The position numbers and the translations under genes were made by a program. The notes under the pieces were generated by a model. It was given only the letters and a program-made list of their open reading frames with translations, made no database searches and was not told where the DNA came from. Shown piece by piece: positions 12,001-24,000 of a DNA stretch of 64,000 nucleotides; the stretch's first letter is position 1; each line of letters opens with the position of its first letter. The stretch comes from Callorhinchus milii. Taxonomy: Eukaryota. Location of the stretch: assembly GCF_018977255.1 (NCBI RefSeq), contig NW_024704742.1:96536001-96600000 (forward strand). The letters are read 5' to 3'.

Positions 12001-15000
12001 CTGTATCTTGTTCCCAAACCAAACCACAGCCACAGATCAATCCTCAATTGTTGCTGACAGAGGCAGCCTGCAGAGTATTACAGGTGTCGAGTGAGGACTA
12101 ATTCTTCAAAAAGATGCATGTGGAAGATGAACTTTAATCAAGTATTGGTGACAACACCATTGAAGTTAAGGCAATCTAACTTTTCCCTCAGACATTAAAA
12201 AGTACTGACAAAAACAGGCGATTTATAGTTTAATTTTAAGGTTTGCCTTTGGGACCAATATAGCAAACACTTCATCTTCTACAATTATAGTTGGTGATGG
12301 CATAGAAATAACTGGCTGGGAAATCCTATGGGCTCCCTGGCCCCCACCTTTCCCTGGGCTTCATATTGCTAAGATTATTAACGCATTTGAAGAAGTTGAT
12401 GCACACATGAGGGAGAAGGAAACAGGGCTATACGAGAAGGGGTGGAGGCTTTTGAAGTATATAAATATCAGCACGGAATAGTTGTACCAAATGGCCAGTT
12501 TCCATGGTGCGATGCTCTAGTTTAGGAGAACTTCACACAAGTGAGAATGTACAACTTATGCCAAACATACTGTGGTTGAAGGGGAAAGAAATCTATGCAT
12601 TCAAGAGGAAATTTGATGTATTAAGGAGGAAGAAAGAAAATGGGCTGGAGAATACGAGGGATGGAAGCTCTTGTGGACTATAAACACAGGCCTCCCTAGT
12701 TGGGCCCAATGCCCGTTTCCATACTGTATCATTGTATGCAATTAGATTTATCCAAGGCCTCGTAACCAAAAGTTATGAGACCTTGAGTACAGTGAAAATG
12801 TCTGGCAATATTTGGTGACAATTAGATTGTTTTGGATGGAATATGCAAAAACTGAAGAAATGAAAGTAGTGAATACTTTGAATTCCAAGGTATATGTTGT
12901 GGTGGGCACAATTTAAGTGTCACAATCTTATGGGAAGAGCGAAACAAAAATTCCCATCTTAGACTAAATATAGCTTAAATTAAAATTAGTCATTCATTCA
13001 GTGGCTGTTTGTGGAATACTGCTGTGTACAAGTTGGCTGCTGTGTTGGCCCACAAAATATAGTGACTACACTAATTACATCTTACATAGAAGTTCAGAAG
13101 GGATCCAGTAATAGTCTGTTTCGAACAGATTTTATTTTCTGACCTTCCACCCACTATTCGGAAATCTCAGAATGACAACAGTATTTCAGAGTTTGGCCAA
13201 CACTGTGGGAAAGTAGGCTAAAACAATTAGGCTCAAAGGAGACAAAAGTCTAGGTGAACTAAGTTATGTCACTGCATGAGGTGTGCAGTAGCTATTGGAC
13301 TTCCATGGCTTTAGTGTCAATGCAGCACTGGCTGTGCAATGCAATATAACAAACTTCCAGGCACAAATCTGTTCACATAATCGCTCTTAACCACTAAGCC
13401 AATAAGTCTGGTCCCTAACAATAATTTTTATATCTCAAATGATTTTCATTTATTCTCGTAACTATCTGTGCAAGGTTTTGTGAAAAAGAGTTCTCAAATA
13501 TGATGCTAAATATACAGAACTAAATGAAAACCAGTTGAGATGTGCATATGTCTACATTTCCTTTATTTTTATATGATTAAGTATTTTAAGAAAAACTAGC
13601 ACTGTGCCCACCAGAAAGTGTTGATGGCCGCATATTGAGGACAACAAAAGAATTGTTCCAAGAACTACTGATCTAGGTGCTGAAGTCAAATTAGAAGAGG
13701 TAAGGGGGAAAAAGGGAATGCACTTTCTGCTGAAAACTTTAAAATGTATAGAACTATGTATTCTTGAAGTCTGAGGCGCAGGATTTCGTGGACTTCTCAC
13801 ATTTCCCCTGTATGAGGAAAAAAATAAATGAGGAGCTAAACATAAGGCTTTAAAAACAAGCCAAGCTGAACACAGTTACCTAACTGATATCAGTTATTGC
13901 CTAGAATTCTCACTTTATTTTAATGCACTCCATGTTTGTATTAAAAAAATGGACACGTGGGTGGGAACAAACTCCTGACAAATGGGTGTAAAAGCAATAT
14001 AAAAACACCTTGATCATGCCTACTGAATAAGCCCTGTGATTACACCAAAGCAAAGTTTGTCCTTACTGATTTAATGCAAACGGACACTAAAAATATACTT
14101 GAAACAGTGCTTGGGAAGTCCATTGGACAACCCTTATTTTTGTTAACGTTATTAGAGAGCATGTTACACTTGTAGCTGCACCGCCTTCCATCACCTCCAG
14201 AATATCGCCAGACTACGGCACTACCTCACCCCTCACGCTGCTGAAACTCTGGTCCATGCCTTTATCACCTCAAGGCTGGACTATGGGAACTCTCTCCTCG
14301 CCGGCCTTCCCGGCACCTCCCTCCACCAGCTGCAGGTCATTCAGAACTCTGCAGCTCGTGTACTGTCCCGCACCAGGCTTCGCGACCACATCACTCCCAC
14401 CCTCGCTCACCTCCACTGGCTCCCCATCCCCCAGAGGATCGAATTCAAGATCCTCATCCTCACCTACAAGGCTATTCACGGCCTTGCTCCCTTCTACCTC
14501 TCCGACCTACTATCCCCCTACTTACCTGCCCGTACCCTCCGTTTCTCTGGCTCCGGTCTGCTCCACATCCCACACGCTAACATCAGTGGCCGGGCCTTCA
14601 GCCTCTCAGCCCCTAGGCTCTGGAGCTCCATTCCCCCGTGCCTTCGCCTTGCTTCCTCCCTTTCCTCCTTCAAGGCCGGTCTCAACACCTTTCTCTTTGA
14701 CCGTGCCTTCAGCTCCCCTCTCGACTCTCTACCCCATCCTCGCTCCCTCACTTCCCTCAACCTGACCATTTCCCCCTGCTCGGGTCCCAACCCAACTGTC
14801 CAGCGCCTTGGGATGTCCTCCCGACGTGAAAGGCGCTCTATAAATGAAATCTTGTTGTTGTTGTAAAAAAAACTGACATTTGCTGCAGGTTGAAATTTTT
14901 GAAGTGTATTTAGTTACAAACGTGCAAAGATGTCCTCAGCCCTGGGCAAAACCAATCAGGAATGCCAATCCAGTTTCCTGCAGCAAATTGCACCAATACT

Positions 15001-18000
15001 GGAAGCTGTCACTTCACCTCATAAAGTATAAAAGGGATAACTTGATTCCAGAGGCACCACTGGACAGTGTTCACCTTGTAAAATATGCCTTGAAGAGAAC
15101 TACCTGAAGGACAAGCAAATGCTCCCATCTTAAGTGTTCTCTCCCTTACTCCCATGATCTTAGCAAGAGCAATAGTCTACTGACATGGGCAGCCCATTAC
15201 TAGGGAGTACAGCTGTGCAGTCTTGAATAAAGGATGAATGTGCAGATTTATGACTCACCGAAGCACTACAATGCCAGAGGGCTAGAGGTGCCACACTGGG
15301 GAGAGATAAGGGTGGCGACATCATGAGAGGGCAATGCATGTCATCCGTAATAAGATTCTGAATCGTAATACAATAATAGAAAAACAGAATTGAATTAGTG
15401 GCCGACTTGATGTGAAACACTACATGCTTTTATTTCTGCGACATGTATGTTACACACTAAAACAAATGATACAAATGATGAAATTATGGCCACTGGCTGC
15501 AACGATCATACTCTACATCATGCACTGATAACTGAAAGTCTAATCAAATTGTGTTTTTCAAATATATTTTAAAGTCAGTGGCCCCCATTTACATGAAGAA
15601 ATTACAGAGCAACTAATTCATTTGCAACTCGTTTCCGTTGCTCACTTTTTCTAGACTTGCAATTAAATCATGACATTTTACAATTTAAAAAAGCCAGAAG
15701 GTGTTCTCTTAACCCGTGTAACCACTGTGTGATTGTGAGCAGTTTCCAAACAAACAGTCCTGTATACTCGTGAGTCATCTAATGGTGAAGGTGTGCATCC
15801 ATCTGAAGAACGGCAATTAGCATGTGCTTTATGACCCCCCAACCCCACTCCTCCCCCCCACCCAAACTCCTGCCCCCCACCTGCCCCATTTGAAGTTCTT
15901 TACTCTGAGATGGTTCAGTAGGGTCACAGAAAACTCAATTAAAAAGTGGCCAATGCTGAAATAATTCCTGGACATATCCAAAGTAATCTAATAATCTTTG
16001 GCCTTATGAAAATGAATGGACAAGCTAGGGCTCTTCAGTCTCGACAGAAGAAGTCACAGAGTGGACTTTTATAGAGGTGTATCAAATTTTAAATGAGATT
16101 GAAAAAGTAAACTCAGAACAATATGCACAACATAGAACATGAGGACATAGAGTTGCAGGATAGATACCAGAAGTTTTTCTTTACTCAGAGGGTAATTAAC
16201 GACTGGAGCAGGTTGCCAAAAAGGATGGTCGAGGCCAAGACAATTAACTAATTTGAAAAACAACTTAATGCTGTGATGAGGTAATGATAGGTTGGTGTTT
16301 TGGAGGAATGAGATCAGATGAGCTGGAGAGAACTCCTTCATTCAAACCAATCTTGAATTATCAAAATAGGTTACCATAGTGAAAAAAAATGGTGTTATTC
16401 AAGGCTTCACCGTTATGAATTTTTAAAAAAATATCTTAAAGGTATATAGTTCTTGTGTGTTCTCAGTTTGCCATTTTCTAATTTGGAAAGAAACTCAAGT
16501 TTAACATAATATTGCCCAGGCAGGTGCTCCCAGGTTCTCCCTCTCTCAGCCTGTCACTGGCAGTTCCCAGCCCTCAGCCCATGGCAGTCAAACTAGACAA
16601 CATAGAAATGAGCTTTCAGCACTTTTTTAAAAAAGCATAAAATGGGTAAGATGCCCCAAACCAGGAGTTCCCACTGCATATAAATTCATTGATAAAATAT
16701 ATTAGGTTCCTGGAGAGCAATAAAATTCCTGTTTTATCACCACATAACTCATCAGTGCCCAGTTTCTACAGGAATACAAAACAGCAGCTCAAATTGTATG
16801 TCTAACCATCAGTGACTTGGAACAGTTAATTGACTCTCCTAATGGCTCGGTAATTAAATGCACCATGTGGTGTGGTGCTGATTCATACAGACCAGAGCTT
16901 TGCCACATTAGAGAATTTTCACTGGGTCAGGGATGGGGCCCTTTAGTAGCACGCAATGAGGGAAGTGAGGAGAGAAAGGGGGTTATTGCTACCAGTTGAC
17001 CTTTTCTGGAAACAAGTGCACTTTTCAGCACCACTTGAAAGCAGAATCAAGCTTAACTATCACATTTTTCTCTTTCCACCTGCCCCTCCCCAACCCCACT
17101 CCCCAGCTGGCCAATACTTGCTGTCTAGGCGCACACATGAAGAATGGCCTCTTAGGTGAAATAACAGAAAGCCGCCGGCACCTATGGAACTGCACTTCAA
17201 CATGACTCATTGCCTTCAGGAGAAGAGGGGGGAAATCACTGAGTTAAATGTTTTTATTTGTCATATTTTATGTTCTTATACATACACATTTGATGTACAA
17301 GATAAGACCATTACACAGCCTTACTTTTTTAATCCTTGTATATTCCTTTAATTAAGCATTTTAATGCTGATGCATATTCACTAGTGTCATTAATCTTCAA
17401 TTACATGATTTTAAAGAAACAACAGAACGAAGCCTGATTAGGTGATAAACTGAACCAATTAAAACTATACATCACTAAATAATTCATCAAATAGATGGAC
17501 TCCAGTGGTCATTGTTGTTGACTCCAAAGGTACTGTAATGAATAAACCTTTAATGCTATAGATCTGTAACTGATTTGCATATTAAATTGATACTCTTATC
17601 GCAATAAAACTCTTTAAAGCTATAGATTTTTTATATTTAAATTGCTACACTCTAATAGGATCTTAATGTGTAACCAATATGAAAACAATTTACAACATTT
17701 CATTTAAAATTACCTCTCATAAAAACCACAGTTCGAAGAACTCTGATAAAACTGAAGGCGAGCCTCAACAGAACCTCAAAAACCTAATGTGAAATGAATG
17801 AGTCTCGGAATGAATGTTACAGTTCACTGAACTCATTTTACAACATACTTGAAGCAAAAAAAAACCCTGTGAATTCTGCTGCAGAAAACAACAGTTCATT
17901 ACTCAGAGTAATGTTTACAGAATTAAAATGACTTCGCTGCACGCTACCTCTAATCAATAGAGAAGGAGGTTCAAAGCTATCCCAGTTTAATTCTTTTTTA

Positions 18001-21000
18001 CTTAAGCTGTAGGAGAGATACAGTCCAATTGAACTGTTCCATCAGCACCATTCAAGCGTCAACATTTTAATCAGTTTCCTTCATTCGCTTTCACTAACAG
18101 TTCCTGCCGTCATATGTACTTGACATTCCCAATCACTAAGCAATCAGACCAATTGGCAATGCATCTAAAACCACAATTAACTTCTGTGGGAAATAATTCC
18201 CTAGAACGCAGATCATTAAAACTAATTCTATGGTGCAATGGACATATTAAAAACAAGAGTTTAGTCACTTTTTTTGGAGGGGGGGGAATAAATCCCAGTA
18301 AAATTAAAACACGTAAACCACATATTTAATATTAATTTCTGCAGTTCATTTTTGGTTACAGAGATTCTGTGCGATGAACTGGAAACCATGCCATGTAAAT
18401 AATGAGAATAGCAAAATATCCTTTGAAATTAAGACCATTGCAAACTAGAAATCCATAACAGTTGACAAAATTACACAACTGCTTGGTTAGATCAGCATCA
18501 TCCAACACTTATTTGTCGTACTCAAGTGCAACTGTTCTGTACTTACTTGCAAGTCTTCAGGTAAACTGTTCCAATGGTGGCCTCTCAAAGATACTGAAAA
18601 AAGTTCAACTCTACTTTTAAGATTGAACTTGACATTAAAGCAGCTTTGTTTATATCGAATATTTGAAGCAGGAAAATAACTTGCTGTGGTGCAGCATACT
18701 GGGAGATAAAAGCACAATATTTTTAAACAGGAAGTTGCAAATAGCAATAACCTGATGTGGTATTTTGTATTCTACTATAAAGCCCTAAAATGGTTTATGA
18801 GGTACTAAAATATTGCTCTATTCACCTCTTATTAAGTTAATGGAAGCAGATGTGAATTTGTGTGAAGTATGTGTGCATGTGGAGGATGGGCAGTCACAAA
18901 TCAATGCATCCAACACTAGGCTTAGGGTGTGTCAGAAACAAAAAGAACGCCAACTAAGTGGAGCTGTCATGTTTAAGCGTTCCAGGACTCTACCTGTGTG
19001 AAGGGTGTTATATAAATGCAAGTTGTTGTTGAGCACTTTTCCATTTGCCTGAAATGCTGGTTCCAAGAATGCACCCAAACACTATTACATCACGTTTGAT
19101 ACACAGCAATGAAGTAACACATGTGCCCATTCATTTCAAGTTTGCAATGAAGTCACAGATATGCCCATTGAAGAAAGCCAGGCCATCAACAAAATAAACC
19201 TAGAAGATCAAAGTAGTGGTAGATTGTCAGGCAAATTCACTTTAGTGTCTATTCTCTGGCCTCTTAACTTTATTTTCCTCCAGGCCCAGTTTTGTGTAGC
19301 CCTAGAAACAAATAGGCATGAGCATGAAATGTGACTACATCCAAAAAACAATTGCAGGGCTGGAAACTTACACCAAACTTGGCTTTTAAAAGCTTATAGA
19401 ATGCAAGAGTAGGGGAACGCTGGGAGACAATACGTCCACAGCCTTGAGATCCTGGGAAAAAATGACTGAGTAAGAGAGAGAATAATATTTTGGTTTCAAT
19501 ATACTGAATATGTAGAAAGGAGGAAATGTGCGTAAGACAATTTTGGGAACATTAGAAAGAATAAGGGAGGAAATTCAGGAGGATCTATCATAAACAGCTT
19601 ATGTGTCATGCGAAAACCACATGAACAGAAAGAATTAAAAGGACCCTTAATTACATAATTAGTCACCAATAAAAATGATTGGTTGTTAATTACATAATTA
19701 AAAAACATTCCAACTGTTAATTACATAATTCACGAGGCTTGCAATTCCATGCTTATACATGGTGCATAATAGTCTTCATTATCAACGAAACAGAAAAACA
19801 ATCAGACCCCATTAAAACACTCACAACATGGTTCCAGTTATATCGTGGGTGGACTGTGGGTGTACCAGTGGACCAGAAGTGAAGCACATACCCAACAATG
19901 ACTGGCCAGGTTCCTGGGCACTAATGGATGTCAGCAGCACTCACTGCACATCAAGAGCAGAAAGAGATTTCAACGGTGACCATTTTCCTATCGCTCCACA
20001 ATATAACACAGGGTCCAACTGTATTGGGGCGGGGGTAGTTCAAAGAATATTGAATCCAACGATGAGAGAAAGTTGAGCAACCAGACCTTTTCTCGTATTC
20101 AGGAATGCACAAGATGTTGGAGCAGCCTCCCAAGATACTCAAACCTTAAAATTAACTTGGATTTTATGGAGAATTGTATTATTACAGAAAATATGTTTGG
20201 TACAAGTGAAGACAGAGATTCGTTGAGGTGACCATAACCATGGTCGAAGAGGAAGGTTTTCATGCATAATCTGAAAATGAGGAAGGAGGGGACATGGAGG
20301 AAGGATTAAGGGAGAGAGTTTGGAAGTTTCGAACCTGGTGGCTGAAAACACAGGTGCCGATGGGGAGCGAAGGGACGAGGCCAGAGCCAGATGAGTGGAA
20401 ACGGCAGGTGGCAGTGTGGGGAGCAAGCAGGTCGGAGAGGTAGGGAAGTGACTTGGAGGGTTTCGTAGACGAGTGTGAGGATCTTGAAGTCAATCCGTTC
20501 CATGATAAGGAGTTATAAGCGCTATATAAATGCAAGTTGTTGTAGTGGAGCATGGCAAGGACTGGTGTGATGGGAATACGGTGTTTAGAGTGAGTGAGTA
20601 TATGGGTGGCAGAGTTTTGAATTGGTTGGATTTTGTGGATCGTGGAGCTGGGGAGACCAGCAAAGAGAGCTTTGGAATAGCTGAGTGTATGGTAATGAAA
20701 ATAATGGTTCCTCAGTGTTAAGGACATGGCAGAGTTAAAAAGAACTGCAAGGCTCCCTGCTCTTGATCTCTCTCCAATGACGTGTGCAGGAAACTGTCTA
20801 TTTAGACAGAATAAGTCTCAATTGTTCCACAGTCCAAGGCCAATCTACCTTCCAATATCTAGGCTCACACTTTAAACACTTGGGCAAGGTAACACAGGTT
20901 GCCTGGTGCTCATGGAACTATACCAAGCAAGAGCCACTGTCTTCAGAGGGGAGGGAAAATAAACACATTTCTGCACAGTATTTTACAAACTGGTAAATGA

Positions 21001-24000
21001 TAACAATTTTTGTTCATCTCCAACCATTAAAATCAAATTTTCCCACACAAGTCCACAATGTTCAGCATTTTATGCATCATGCACCAGTTTATCTGCGTGT
21101 TCTAAAGGATGATAAAACCTAACTGGATCAGGGTATTCATCTCTCACACTAAGGACTTCAGAGCAAAAGAAACTGAGCAAATGTAATTCGCAATTCTTCA
21201 TGATTCACTTAGATTCATTCCATTTTGTGAAAGGCCATTAGCAACAAATGAAGGTCAGTCTCCTCTTTTATTTCATCTAATTGACTGCCAACATCTTCCA
21301 TGCGGTCACCCAGGCTCCAAACAGCTCTTAAAGTGGCCTATTAAAAACAACCAACAATCAAGCTACATCTAATGTCACTATCAGCCTTGATCAGAGGGTT
21401 CCATTTCCATTTTTTAAAAAAATTGGGGGGGAGGAAATATGAAGCACCATCTGCACTTCAGATTGATTATTCAGCAATCCTTATCTACATCTTCACCCAG
21501 TAATTTGAATTTTAATCAAAGCAAATGAAATAATTAGCATTTCAAAGTGCTTTTGATACACCGAACAAAAGGAAAACTGCTTCACAGACAACACAAAGAG
21601 AAGAAAAAAATTAAAACTAAAGCTATATAGCAAGTTAATTAAAATAAAATTTCAAAACATAATTGCCAGAACCAGCTGTACAGTTATATGTGAAGGAGAT
21701 GTTGTTGAGATAAAATGATTTCTCACCTTTAATTTTATCCTAATGTGAATTACCACCTCTTCAAAATGCTGCCTAGATCACTAGATTTCATACACGTCCA
21801 GATTAAAATATAGAAATACCATTAAGGCCATGTTGTCCCAGGCAAATTAAGGAGTAGATGAAAGAGGGGGAAAAGGCTACTCTAACCTTTTTATTTATTA
21901 GTAGGCAATAGCCCCAAATAAATGCTATATTACAACAATTAAATCATATACTGTACTCTTAAAAGGCTTTCAAAATTATTCAAATCTTATGTTTTATCTT
22001 TAAAGATTTGGCAGATATAAAATTCAGCTTTGAATAGAAATTGTGTTATTCACAGCCACAAAAAATAAAAACTCCTACATCAGGCATGACTTCAATCCCA
22101 AAAAGTGAAATATTATGTAAACGTTCAAAACCGAGCACCTAGTTAAAGATAATACTGAATATTAAGATTCTAATGTCTGAGCTTCTGGTCAAGTTAAATA
22201 ACACATCTCATTATCAATCCCTCTTCTTCCCCCCCCCTCCCCCAACAACCAACTTAACCATTGAATGTGTTGAATGGTTAAGGTTTTTTTTGTTCTAAAG
22301 TCATCAATGGTGAGATTTGTTGGTTTGATTGGGATAGGGCAGAGATGACAGCAAGACAGTACTCACTGATAGGATCCAATGAGCACAACAGTGTGAGGCA
22401 ACTGACTTAATATAAATTTCTGAAATAGCAAGATTGCATTAAAGTACCCTGAAGTTAATGAATCTCTTTGTAAGTAATTTCAACTCCCTCAGATTATCCG
22501 GCTCAGTAAAATCACTCCCCAACATCATCTGCACTTGCCACATACACAACAAATTAAAAGTTTAAGTATTCTTTTCTAAAAATTCTTTCAACTTTGTTGT
22601 GAATAGAATACAGATGATCATTCTCTCTCTTAATCACCCTACTAATGATAGCCATTTATCACAATATGACAAGACTTCTCCAGTTACCATACTTGTCATT
22701 TTAAAGTCTTTTCAAAAATACTAGTTCCTCAACATTTCTCATCAGTCATCTTCAGAAAACCCAACAACCCCGAGTCACTTGGATCTCTCCAGAGACCAAA
22801 AGACTTTTGATATTACTGACAGCTATGCAAGACTGATGTAACAACTCCATAACAAGTTGAATTGTAAATTAGGAAATTCTCATTTCTGAGCATTTAGTAA
22901 TGTCTGGAATAGGAATAAGACTGACTGTACTGCTGAAAACACTGCCTATCACAGTACTAGCTGGTTGCAAACCCCCTTTGCACCAAAGCAACCAACTACA
23001 TGGCAACTACAGCAGTCACAGTGTATAAAGTTAAGTGGTTACAAAACTATTTCAGCTATGATTCTATACAATTAGTAAATCATTATGTAATCCTGCATGA
23101 GTGATATGGCCAAATTTACTTATGCAGGGTTCCAATTTGCATCAATTCTTAATAGGATTCCTTAAAAAGTTATTGTGTGGACAATCTCTGCTCCAGATGT
23201 AGATAGCATTGGGGTTGTGTACTTCCAGCCCAGATACAGAAAAAAAACTAATTTGCATGACACAATTCCTCATTAAGAACTACAGCAAATTAGACTCCAC
23301 TCTAATAAGAACAGTTTTCATTTAAGATGAGAAATAAATTCAGATTACATTTTTGTATTCTGTATATGGACTTAATTGTACCAATAAGGAAACAATTGGG
23401 GAAAAAAAACGTTATTAACAGAACCTGTGTTTATTTTTGGCCACTCAGGAAAGATAATTTTGTCTCTTGGCCTTTAACTCAGTTGAAGTTACGATGCTTT
23501 AAAGCATTGAACATTCTACACACATGAATAAGATAACTGCAGAGTATCCAATGGGTTATATCGTCTTCTAAACTTTTAAATTTTCTTTGTGAATAGGTTG
23601 GGCATTCCTAAAAATTATAGCACACCTAGTAATGGCTAGATTGAATTGAGCAAGTAACTTATGCCTGTGTTTTTAACTTCTAATTGAAAGGAAAACGTAC
23701 CAAATACCTAAATATGGACACATTGAAACTTTCTGCACAGAAAGGGGGCCATTTGTCCCATTGTGTCTGTGCCATTACTACGGTTTTCCCTAAATTGCAT
23801 TTTTGGAAAAAAAATATCAAATTTCCAGCTCTTTCCCCAGATCCCTTCATGTTTTTGCTGATTAGGTGCTTGTCCAGTTCCCTTTTGAAAAATACCATTA
23901 ACCTAGCTTTAATAGCCATTTATGGTAATGAATTACTACATGTGATCTCCTTCATGTTAAGTGTTAAGCTGGCTCCGGCAGTGGTAAGGAGAATAATAAA

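Noticed and set aside
14256..14790. ORFs of 169, 69 and 90 aa
   Set aside because: Alternative-frame or antisense readings of the L2 element.
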